Part shown: piece after piece, positions 19,301 through 28,900 of the stretch
Layout of the letters: each line of letters starts with the position of its first letter
How positions within the stretch are numbered: the first letter of the stretch is position 1
Source of the DNA: a virus
Lineage: Duplodnaviria > Caudoviricetes
Length of the DNA stretch: 64,000 nucleotides
Reading direction: 5' to 3' (one strand)
IMG/VR virus record: IMGVR_UViG_3300007214_000006
Program-made: the position numbers and the translations under genes
Notes under the pieces: generated by a model
Seen by the model: the letters and a program-made list of their open reading frames with translations, nothing else
What the model was told of the DNA's origin: nothing
Databases searched by the model: none

Positions 19301-22268
19301 ATGAGCCTATTCTGTTTGCCCAAGCTTGGTCGTATTGTCTCCTTTCTTTTTTATTTTGTATAACAACAGATGTATCATCTTTCTTAATAAGATTACTATT
19401 ATTTCTCATTTTCAGTTGTTTTAGTTTAAAATCATCACTTTTTTCACACCAAACACGAGATGCGTCATCATAATTAAAAGAAGCATTATATCCCAGAATT
19501 GGTTTAATTAATCCTTTATCGTCTATTAGTCTATAATATGCCGGTCCTCCAACAATAATTGAATCATCTATTTCATTTCCAAGTTCTTCCCACGCCCCGT
19601 CTACTAATTCTTTATCAAAAAATATTTTTCCGCTTCCTTGATATACTAATATATTTCCGCTAGAAGCTGGTATCTGTATATCTGCATATACTTTATCTCT
19701 ATATGCTTTTAAACCAGGAATTCTAACCAAATATTTTTTCCCATAATATTTATCTCCTATGTTTTTTATGAAATCTACCAAAATACGTAAATCGCTAATA
19801 AATTCATAACTAAGAGTATATCCAAAATTAATATTAGTCTTTCTTTTTTCTGAATTAGGGGTATTTGTTTTTTGTTTGGCATCTCCTGAATAATTTATAC
19901 CTTCGTCGTTTACGCCAGTAAAGCCAGTTCCAACAGCTTGAGAATTTGATGCAAATCCGGGGGTTGGCAATACAGTTAATTTACCTAATTTTTTATATAA
20001 ATTAACTAACATCACAAATAAATCTGGTTTTTCTGTTTTATATTTGGCTAAACAATATGCTAAATACGAGTCGAACCCTGCAATCGCGGCTCTAATTTCT
20101 GTTTCAGTAATTTTAAAAGCAAAATCATTGATTTTTTGAGGGTTGTTTCTTATTGGCTTAATTGTTTTTTTATTATCGTCTTGCGTTTGCTCATCACTTT
20201 CTGGCAATTGATTATCCTCTACAGGATCCTCTTCCTCTTTGGATTCATTTTCGCTAAGACCCTGTTGCGGAACTGGCATATTATTAGGCAGAGCGGGGTC
20301 TACGGCATATAAACTAGCCATAGAACCTAAAGATAATATAGGCAATTCTCTAGTAGACATAGTAACGGCGAGCTGTCCTGTCCATCTATCCAAAAATACT
20401 GGGCGAATATATCTAAAAATATTATTGGTTGTCGCGGCTAGTTCTATTTGTTCGTTATGCTTATAACCAAAAAAAGGACTGATAGCATGATTTATTAATG
20501 GCACATATCTTGTATTAGGGGAATTACTAGTCTGGTTATCAGTTGGATTTTCTCCAGACGTTGGTGGGGATTCTTGGTTATCTGAATTTTCTCCAGTGAT
20601 TATTTTTTTAGGAGCATATGGCACACCATTTCCAAAAGCAAAAGCAGAGTGATAATTGCCAACCCATGGGACATTTTTCCCTCCAATATTAGCATCAGAA
20701 AAAACAATATCTGATTTATTAAAATTATCACCAGTAAAAGTTTGTCTAATAATTTCATTTCCATCATAAAGTTCCGATAGAGATGCTGACCCAAGAAGCA
20801 TTTTATTTAAAACTGTATTTTTAGTAGATAAAAAATTTGGAACTTTTATTGCGGAATGTTTTCCTGTGAATCTATCAAAATTTACAAATTGATCAATAAT
20901 AGGATTATATATATAATTTGTTTGAGAGTATGCAAGAGTATAAGATTTGGCCTGATATAACCGTTGTTGATTACCTCCTATATACATAACTTTTGGAGAG
21001 CATTGATTTTGTTCTTTTCCAAAAGTTGTATAGGTTGTTGATAGACCAGTATTCTCTAAATTTGTAACAAAAGAAGAAACAGCATTTGGAGTTACAGAAA
21101 TAGTTCTGTTGATAGTTTTTACTTTGATAACATTGAGACCATTTTTGCGTAAAATCACAGTATAAAAATCTCTACCGGTTTTTTCACAAGCCACCCTAAT
21201 AAGATCTGCTATGCTCAATGAAGAATCAGGAGCACTAATTCTTATATCCAATGGTGGCCTTGGTATTTCAGAAAGATCCAAAGTAAATAATGATCTAAGA
21301 TTACCATCTGTGGATAATTCTGGAGATATAATTCCAAACCCACCATCTGCAAAATTAGCGACCACAGGAACAGTAGTATTTGTAAGTGCTGTTGGGGCTA
21401 TAATTCTACCAAAAGGAGAGAATGCTTGTTTAACTCCTAAAGAATTAATATTTACTACCGAAGTTAATGTAGACAGAGCATCTAAAACATATGCCAATGG
21501 CATACCTTCGTCATTTTTAGATGATGCTCCAAATCCATAAGATTCTAAAAAACCATAAACATTAAAAACGTTAGGGATATTACCATCTTTTAAAGAACCT
21601 ATGTAATTTATTCTATTATCAATAAAATTAATAGGTCCTCCAAAAGATCCAGCATATTTAGCGAATATAGCTCCAGCATAATGATCTATAATGACCTTAG
21701 AATTTTGTAAAATATCATCAGCAGAAGAAATTGTTACAGTGTAAGACACTGTGTTTTGTCTATTACTTCTTTCCCATGATTTGATAACACCTCCGAAACT
21801 AAAATATCCATACCTAAAGTAAACCGGGCATCCTATTATATTATAGCTGTATAAATTATTTGGATCATAGACACCATTTGCATTAATATGAGTTGCATGA
21901 CCCAAAAATCCAGGATCGCTTGTTGTCCAATACTTAGAAATTAAATTGTCATTTCTTATAGCATGATAGACTTTGCCTGGAACAATTTTATCTTTACTTT
22001 TTGCTGAATTATATGGTTGACCAGTCTCATCAATATAACAACTATCGTCTATACAATTATAATAATGATTATCTGGATAGGATAAAGCATTGCTATTAAA
22101 AACATTGATTGAGCACGGGGATATGTCGTTGATTAATTCTACAGTAAGGGATGACGACGATCCTCCCCAACCTAAATTATTATTAAAAGATACTATGCTT
22201 GATCCTAAGAAAAGCTGTTGAGCTATTACGCTTGATCCTTTAATATTTCTTAAACATGAATTAGGCAT
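16314..22268 (-). CDS. Large tail-tip/hub-like protein (1984 aa) with a Zn finger
   Basis: Position downstream of TMP; SLTVELIND..CPVYF..FGGVIKSW..YTVTI N-terminus resembles hub proteins; TAATG coupling to the next gene. Confidence 0.5.
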   Translation of the reverse strand: MPNSCLRNIKGSSVIAQQLFLGSSIVSFNNNLGWGGSSSSLTVELINDISPCSINVFNSNALSYPDNHYYNCIDDSCYIDETGQPYNSAKSKDKIVPGKVYHAIRNDNLISKYWTTSDPGFLGHATHINANGVYDPNNLYSYNIIGCPVYFRYGYFSFGGVIKSWERSNRQNTVSYTVTISSADDILQNSKVIIDHYAGAIFAKYAGSFGGPINFIDNRINYIGSLKDGNIPNVFNVYGFLESYGFGASSKNDEGMPLAYVLDALSTLTSVVNINSLGVKQAFSPFGRIIAPTALTNTTVPVVANFADGGFGIISPELSTDGNLRSLFTLDLSEIPRPPLDIRISAPDSSLSIADLIRVACEKTGRDFYTVILRKNGLNVIKVKTINRTISVTPNAVSSFVTNLENTGLSTTYTTFGKEQNQCSPKVMYIGGNQQRLYQAKSYTLAYSQTNYIYNPIIDQFVNFDRFTGKHSAIKVPNFLSTKNTVLNKMLLGSASLSELYDGNEIIRQTFTGDNFNKSDIVFSDANIGGKNVPWVGNYHSAFAFGNGVPYAPKKIITGENSDNQESPPTSGENPTDNQTSNSPNTRYVPLINHAISPFFGYKHNEQIELAATTNNIFRYIRPVFLDRWTGQLAVTMSTRELPILSLGSMASLYAVDPALPNNMPVPQQGLSENESKEEEDPVEDNQLPESDEQTQDDNKKTIKPIRNNPQKINDFAFKITETEIRAAIAGFDSYLAYCLAKYKTEKPDLFVMLVNLYKKLGKLTVLPTPGFASNSQAVGTGFTGVNDEGINYSGDAKQKTNTPNSEKRKTNINFGYTLSYEFISDLRILVDFIKNIGDKYYGKKYLVRIPGLKAYRDKVYADIQIPASSGNILVYQGSGKIFFDKELVDGAWEELGNEIDDSIIVGGPAYYRLIDDKGLIKPILGYNASFNYDDASRVWCEKSDDFKLKQLKMRNNSNLIKKDDTSVVIQNKKERRQYDQAWANRIGSSINCEKKIVPSINLSSIGQDYLLINTNDVRQDAFGRSATSSVVEKPAEENKEQDSDDEGKKQDSGNNEKIKRSIFYAPSQKLYITTTCDDICFWDPNNLIGPRVIIDSPGIELFNSSYSYTKDPNLTVIANVAIEDLAVLEKKNLLTPGLKKILMSYCIPILDNGFLVSEGDSSDQSSKHESISPKMAQPLFAGIPLKSNLFCYGPWTNYPSLNNQSVIFPGILNTQNSLEQLISDVKVERKEEFVPWQTGGASALDLLVINTITAETSYQSVLENGQISIYGPPICGLAGGLTIGLTDNDIHTFFTQNVYGFACAVLPKNYIDNYTGLILSSISTNGSVNGVSTNYNFRTYSQKLGIYSKENADRIKQFSTSRISLLKKMADMQTKFEQKIINQINKLTSNASSTRSNTSLSAFESKIYGRSPSEVFIGRAMHYIPKSHIVSQDPGASGSKLERHHTKTALYMPNEILSELSKEYDSKSVMSMDGFFSPISFYPTVFGSTYSLSSRCITNDLKKKNVICPKCGGLGFYKASIASKDTDDFENEIDYPCPLCCGSKIVYPSGESTDTDAPGEINILSLNPIVVPFGEFKNPNAQPPTSGERSRHSIAVIGRSEYAPIDFESLDITKNLQSLYDPQTGQFCVSRVPSSEYQVGLESNELMKVTDLSKTVNKDFYDIDLTYKYNTNENILLNQRFFGLRGPLMMHGWGYDTEGYPVPNAADEPLEIDNYGRPKRFILTASGTNDLTKDGAFLPTSNNLLGDIIGKGYKKDGNEWVKTKSKYFHLNWAERPDLWPVGPIDVRWDNDRRVWSASGGGCEGEILPPYIVASGNDISLLNNFVSKSNTKNKCPYKMVYITLEEDMILPNGSSESYPTRAFIDDVEYSIMPMDYGIRKLVYVKDRCGYTAPRGAKLLCRYDTSSGFYEPISKQSFIVFGNITAGNNAIISLTYIQGFKKPENAPRIPIIFDNTRFNFNINAGIQKRGMFLFENGKWILIGNN

Positions 22269-22271
22269 TAT

Positions 22272-24161
22272 TTAATGATCCATATAGTGTCTATTTAATG
22301 AACAATGTTCAAAAATCCAACTAACTGATCTAGAATATCTACCCTGAGACGGAGACCATGTTTCAGAGTCTGATTGTACAAACACAACTCCATATCTCTG
22401 AGAAATAGAGTTTTCAAATAAAGCATTTGTTCTATCTCCAAATGGCCTATGTCCTTCAATAATAAGATCTATATTTTGCCATAAAGGATTATTTCTATAT
22501 AATGGACAAGATGGATCTGTTTGTATAGATTCTCTTGGAGAAGAGGGCGGTACTATAACAACCTCAACACTAACACTTTTTCTACCTGTTGTTTTTCCGT
22601 TTGATGTTATAATAGGTCCTAATTGGCGCCCAATAACCTGAGTTTCTGTGGTATTATCAACAGGTGAATCTATAGTTACGCTTACATTTTCGCTAAGAAC
22701 ACCATTCCATACTGAAGCTAACATATTTCTTTTATTATTAAACTCATAGCTATAATTAATAGTTCCTCGATGTGGATCATGACTTTCTGATGTCGATACA
22801 GGAACAATATTTAACGTATTTTCTGTCGCAAAATTTGGATGAGTATTTTGAGGAATCGGATTAATATCATTATAGTCATTTGTGCGATCATAACTATTTA
22901 TGGCTAATGATGCACGTCTATATAAAAGAGGTTTTACTTTTTGTATCCATCCATCGCGAGCGCTATCATATTTATTTGACTTAGGACTAATATTATTTTG
23001 CAACGTAGTGTCAGAAGTAGTTTGTCCAACATATTCTGAAAATTTTAAATTAATTGGATTATTGATACCAGTACCTGTTGGCATTATTCCTGATGTTCCG
23101 TCCATAATAGTTGTAGGAGTTTCTACCAAACCCTGTAAGGATCCAGCAATCCTTACTGTTGTAACATATTCTTGAGAGGTTGATCTTTCTATATTAAATG
23201 TTTCTATATACCCAATTTTTTCAGGCATTGCTAGCCAAGAATCATTTACTTCATATGTTCCATTGTAGATATCTATATTTGTACTTCTAGCATGATTATA
23301 TAAATGAGTGCCAGAAGAATTAGCAAAATAAGGAGATCCACCAGAAGCATCTATACCACCAAACGGTTTTTTTAATTGTTTTTCTACCCAAGATTTGGCA
23401 TAAAGATAAGATTTATTATTTTGGCTAATAGCAGAATCAACCGTTAAACATCCAGTAGCACTAATTATTGGAATACCTTTAGCAGATAATCTCCTGGTGA
23501 TTCTAAATTGTGGAATAGAAGTAATATTTGTAGAAGAAGATCCCATGAGCCCGGCGCCGTTAAGAGCATCTATAACACCAGCATTTGGAGAAAAGGCTCC
23601 GTATCCTGGTGGGCTTTCTGGTTTTGTAGATACTCTATAATTCTGGTTAATATATGATATATCCTCTTGAGGTTCTATACTCCAACTCTCTGATCTATCA
23701 GTAACACTGTCTGATCCGCTAACAGCGGTTAAAAATTCTAATCCGATACTGTAATCTGCTGTTTGAGTCCAATTGTTTTCTGTTTTATTAATACTTAAAT
23801 TTGTAACTCTTACCCCATTCATACTATACATTGTATCGTTATTGCATTTAATTTCAAATAATCCATTAGAACAACTAAATAATTCTTCTAATTTTTTGAT
23901 AGATCCAATGATACCACTTATGCCAGTAGAGCCATTTGTATCTATTGCTCCTTTATTTGTGCTGACTATTTTTCCTGTTAGATCTATCTGGTTAGATACG
24001 CTTTCAACAATATTATTGCTATTAGCATTGAATGTTTTTGATATATCCACAAACGGCTCTGGTCCAACTATAGATCCGATATTAATTCCTCTATAAAAGA
24101 CTTTAATTCCGCTTGACGGCAAAGACTGAGTATTAAACAACAATAAATCTTGATTAAACAT
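22272..24161 (-). CDS. Tail protein (629 aa), possibly distal-tail-like
   Basis: Beta-strand-rich; synteny in the tail-tip block. Confidence 0.45.
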   Translation of the reverse strand: MFNQDLLLFNTQSLPSSGIKVFYRGINIGSIVGPEPFVDISKTFNANSNNIVESVSNQIDLTGKIVSTNKGAIDTNGSTGISGIIGSIKKLEELFSCSNGLFEIKCNNDTMYSMNGVRVTNLSINKTENNWTQTADYSIGLEFLTAVSGSDSVTDRSESWSIEPQEDISYINQNYRVSTKPESPPGYGAFSPNAGVIDALNGAGLMGSSSTNITSIPQFRITRRLSAKGIPIISATGCLTVDSAISQNNKSYLYAKSWVEKQLKKPFGGIDASGGSPYFANSSGTHLYNHARSTNIDIYNGTYEVNDSWLAMPEKIGYIETFNIERSTSQEYVTTVRIAGSLQGLVETPTTIMDGTSGIMPTGTGINNPINLKFSEYVGQTTSDTTLQNNISPKSNKYDSARDGWIQKVKPLLYRRASLAINSYDRTNDYNDINPIPQNTHPNFATENTLNIVPVSTSESHDPHRGTINYSYEFNNKRNMLASVWNGVLSENVSVTIDSPVDNTTETQVIGRQLGPIITSNGKTTGRKSVSVEVVIVPPSSPRESIQTDPSCPLYRNNPLWQNIDLIIEGHRPFGDRTNALFENSISQRYGVVFVQSDSETWSPSQGRYSRSVSWIFEHCSLNRHYMDH

Positions 24162-24172
24162 CCTCTATCCCT

Positions 24173-25417
24173 TTATGTTAGATCGACAGGACCCATATAT
24201 ATAGGGGTAATTTTTCCAGTGATTTCTGTTCCTAAATAATCAACTTTCAAAATATCTGCATCATATATTCTATAATTATATTGTAATTGTCCAAGATTAT
24301 TCCCTTGATATTTTAGCATTGCAACACTAGGTATCTCCGATAGGTCTGGTAAATATTCTGTAGTTTTCGCCACTTCAGAAAATTTGACAGGTTGACCACT
24401 CGGTGGCGGATTCATAGCCACAACCAAGTCTTTGAAAGATTCTGAAGTAATAAAAATATCATCTATGATAATATCATAAGATTTATTACCTAAATTTGCA
24501 ATATATTTAGTACTTTCAATATTATTGTAAGCAGTTAAAATAGCTGATCTGATTTGCTCGACTGTAACATTTTTTTCTTTCATAACTAATGGATCAGCTA
24601 TAATTCTAAATCTATTTTTATAGCCTCTATTTGGCAATAGCTGGCTGTTCTTTTTGTTTAAGATTATAGAATTAATATTATTATTATATGGTATAAATTT
24701 AGCTAAAATATAATTTTGATGAACATAAGTCCAATTATTGTCTTTATTTAAAAAGATAAACTCATCTTTAATCGGATTATTAGATATAATTTCACAAGGA
24801 ATACTTGAAGAGTCAGAAACTATAATTTCTTTATATTGTGTTTTTATTATAGCTTCAGAATCAAATCCTTTTATTGTCATTTTAAGTAATACTTTACAAG
24901 AATTAGAAAATTTAGGTACTATTTGTAAAGAAGTGACTGGTATAAATTTATCATTACCAGATATAATGTAGCTTTCTGGTGTGATATCAACAAATGTTCC
25001 TGTCGGCACAATTGATTCCGCATTAAATTCCAAAATATAACTATTTTTAGGCTCTATATTATTTGCTAAATATATTTGACCAAGAGCATCAGTTGATTCT
25101 GCGTCTGGTTGACTCTGAAAATAAGAGATTTCATCATTTTGAACATTTGTCAATATAAAACTACCGACATAAGAGTTATTTAAAATAATTTCAGGATTTA
25201 AAAAATTAGAATTATTCGAAGAAACTATAATCCTAGATCCTGTTGATATAGGATATGCTGGATTTATATTAGCTAAAGATAAAGTTGATGTGCCTTCTGT
25301 TCTTACAGAAGAGACTGTATCAGCGACCTTAATTGGTCTTGGTCTTAATTCATCAAATGTTATGTTTAGTCCGCAAGCAGCAGAAATTATATTGTATTGG
25401 TGTGTTTGTATAAGCAT
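24173..25417 (-). CDS. Hypothetical virion protein (414 aa)
   Basis: Long co-oriented ORF in the tail block. Confidence 0.6.
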   Translation of the reverse strand: MLIQTHQYNIISAACGLNITFDELRPRPIKVADTVSSVRTEGTSTLSLANINPAYPISTGSRIIVSSNNSNFLNPEIILNNSYVGSFILTNVQNDEISYFQSQPDAESTDALGQIYLANNIEPKNSYILEFNAESIVPTGTFVDITPESYIISGNDKFIPVTSLQIVPKFSNSCKVLLKMTIKGFDSEAIIKTQYKEIIVSDSSSIPCEIISNNPIKDEFIFLNKDNNWTYVHQNYILAKFIPYNNNINSIILNKKNSQLLPNRGYKNRFRIIADPLVMKEKNVTVEQIRSAILTAYNNIESTKYIANLGNKSYDIIIDDIFITSESFKDLVVAMNPPPSGQPVKFSEVAKTTEYLPDLSEIPSVAMLKYQGNNLGQLQYNYRIYDADILKVDYLGTEITGKITPIYMGPVDLT

Positions 25418-25424
25418 AAATAAT

Positions 25425-25946
25425 CTAGCAGTTTCCGCAGGATATTGTGATTGTTCGACTTGTAAGTTCTATTAACTCAGAAGATGAATTGTAGTTTAAT
25501 ATTTTAAACTTTAATATGGTTAAGTTTTTAGCTCCTGAAATACTCAATGTAACTGGTATAACCGCCTCTTTTAAAGGGATAACGTTATTTGTTGAAGTAT
25601 CTGTATAATCATATTCTGTATATATGGGCGTATTAATAGTATAAGTAACATCATTACCACTTAGATCCTCAAGTTCAAAAATATAATTACCATCTATAGT
25701 TAAATCTATAACTTTGACATTTAATATATCCCCATTGCAACAAAAATTATTTATTGCATCAAAAGTAATACCAGGTATTTTACTAAAACATACTTGTTTA
25801 CCTACGAATTCCACAATGGATCCGTTAACTAATTTTGTATATAATTTTCCAGTTACCGCATTTATTGCTATTTCTCCAACAATAAGCTGATCTGAATGTG
25901 GTGGATTAGTTGTTTTTTGATCATTCTTTAGTCTTAAGACGCCCAT
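25425..25946 (-). CDS. Short fibre-attachment-type protein
   Basis: LRLK..P..QLIVGEIAIN..TGKLYTK motif typical of fibre N-termini; GGAG RBS. Confidence 0.55.
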   Translation of the reverse strand: MGVLRLKNDQKTTNPPHSDQLIVGEIAINAVTGKLYTKLVNGSIVEFVGKQVCFSKIPGITFDAINNFCCNGDILNVKVIDLTIDGNYIFELEDLSGNDVTYTINTPIYTEYDYTDTSTNNVIPLKEAVIPVTLSISGAKNLTILKFKILNYNSSSELIELTSRTITISCGNC

Positions 25947-25964
25947 AAATATATATTCTCCTTA

Positions 25965-28900
25965 TTAATAACATACCCCAGTAAACATCATTCCCAATCC
26001 GCTAGGCCCTCCACTAAAATCAAAAGAATCTGATCCAAAAGTTGGTGAAGGGTCGGTCTGTGTTGACCTAGGATCTCCATCTGTTCCGACGCTTCTCAGT
26101 TCTGATGGCTCGCTGCTTCCGTAGCTATTTATAGCTACAATTTTAAAGAAATATGTATTATTTTCTGAAATATTACTAATGAGTAAATTTGTCGCTGTTG
26201 GACTTACAGAACCATTGTATGTAATCCAAGAAAATTGGCCTATTGGTGTGATGCCATCATCGGGCCAATAATAGACAATATATCCATCTCTAGGAGCCAA
26301 ACCATCACTAATAGGAGCAGTCCATGACAATAATGCGTCATACTGATTTCTTACAATAGACAACGATTGCGGCTTACCAGGAACATCGCTAGATGGAGTT
26401 ACCAAAGGAGTAGGATCACTAGGCTGAGATTTGCCTACAACGCTAATTGCTATGACTCTAAATTTATATGATGTCGTCGAAAACAGATTGCCTATATATC
26501 TATAGGTAGCTGGATCCGCAACCAAAGGTAATCCGTCACTGGTTATTTGTTCACTTTCTAATGGAAGCCAGTCCTCTGCTATATCAGAATAATATTCTAT
26601 TAGATAAGCATAAATTGGTTTTCCTCCATCGTTTTCTGGAGCTTGCCATTCTAGAACTATCGCATTGTATTTGGGTGTTGCAACTACATTTGTGGGCTGA
26701 CCGGGAAGCTCTGGATTCGGCGGAGGAATAAGGGAAACTATCTGTCCCAAAGTATTTATCGTTAATGGATAATTAGGCACATATAGTTTTTTGTTTATCG
26801 ATTCTTCATATGGCACAGGAATCGCTCCATCCCAAACAGGATTAAGTACCAATTCATTGGTTATAACACCTTTACTATATGTATAACCATCTACACTTAG
26901 GTCCGCATAATTCGATAGAGGTAAATTACCACTAACCAATACTCCTGTGGAACTAATTTCTAATCCGTATTCTTTTTCTAGCGCTAGATTCTCTTCTGGT
27001 GTAGAAGCGTAAGATATAATACCCTCATAAACCCCACTAAGCGATGTGATAGCGTAAGGATTATTTCTATTTATAGTAATCTTTGGTTTTATGTCTAATT
27101 GTATTCCGGTTGCTCTAACAATCTGTTGATTTTGTACTATATCTGTTTTTCTAAAAATTCCACTCTCCAAAGATCCTAAAACACTATTTGGAATAGAAGC
27201 ATGTACTCTAAAAGCTGGAACCAAACCAGAAGGTACGCCATTTTCATTTGTTCCAAACCATTCTGGTTCGTATCTAGTAAATAATGTTTTTCTGTGGCCA
27301 TAAACAATAAAATCAATATCTTCAGCTATTTTATTAAATGTAGTATAAATATTAGGTCTAATACTAATTGTATTAATTGTGCTTGGCTTGAATCTATATT
27401 CACTATCTGTTGATAAACCATCGCATGTAAATCCTTCAACAGCTTCTGGCTCAATCTTCATTTCAAGATAAGCACCCTTTTGTATAGAAAATGCGTAACC
27501 TATATATCTACCATTGTCAACATCTCCTTCTCCTAAAACCAATTGAGACTGAGAATAAAAACTTTCTGGTATAGGAGGACATACAGTAACTATTAGATCG
27601 GCTTCATCAGTAAAGAAATCTTTAGTTCCATCGCTAGCTCTGGCATCTACTAAACTAATATTAGCAACTTTGACATAAAATACTTCTTTATTTTGATTAT
27701 AAATAGCAATAGTCTCATTGTAAGCAAATTCTTGAGATATATCATTTAAGTCTATTGGCCCTGTGCCTCCTTTGGATTCATCCAAAACAATAAATCTAAA
27801 TCTATCTATGTCTCCTTCTGCTTCTATTCCCATAAACTCAATAGCTCTTCTGGGATATCTGGTCCATGTAACACCAGGGGCACTTAGATAATCCGGCTGT
27901 TTCCATAGTGCTGGACCTGTACCGTTATGTGTTAAAATACTGCCACTAAATCCGGGAACTAAAGGTCCAACAAAAATCCTATCGGTATATAATGCTGGTG
28001 GTAGTTCTGGCTCAGTAGAGCTTTGGCCACCAGATGGTTTATATATACCAACTACATAATTACCAAGAGACTGAGCCTGAGATGGGGCTAATCCAATACC
28101 GAACCAATTCGATGCGGTCAAGTATCCTTGAGATGAATTATGTATAATTGCATTTTCTGCTGTGCCATTTAATACTGGATATAATCCTGAGTTATTAACA
28201 GTTCCTCCCGTGCTATCAATTGACGATACTACCATATATTCTGATTTTAAATAATCAGAAGAAATAACTTTGGTATCATTAACTTTGAATAAAAACCCAC
28301 CGCTTGATCCAGGAAACATACCTCCTGGCACAACATTTCCATCAGAACCTAAATATTCGAGCCCGCCACTGGGACTTATTCTAACCCCACCTTTACTGTC
28401 TAATCCTGAGCCTATAAAAATAGATTGGTAAAATTCTGTTCCAGATGGTGTTATATTAACTAAATTTATTGGATTTATTTTATTAATAAATACAGTATTG
28501 CCTGTTGTGGCAAAAACTATACCGGTATTAGATATGACGGTTCCAAATGTTCCAGTAACTAATGCTGTTGGAGATGATTCTACTACGGTATTGTCTCCCC
28601 CAAGTTTAATATGAAAATAATTCCCGGAACTATTAGCAGACAATACTTGGCTATCTGATGGTCCCAAATTTAAGCTGTCTGCATATAGATTTCCTGAAAT
28701 GCTCAAAGCGGATATTAGTCCGCTACCATATTCAAATGGAGCTAATCTATTTACAGTAATTGCTGTTCCGGAGGATGAAATAGTTTCTGTTGGCATAGGA
28801 ACATAATATGCTGCCTTATGCCATTCATTTAAAGATGGTAGCCAATATTTTGGATCTTTTTTCCTTGTTACCGCAATTGTTCCTGCTGATTCACTAATAT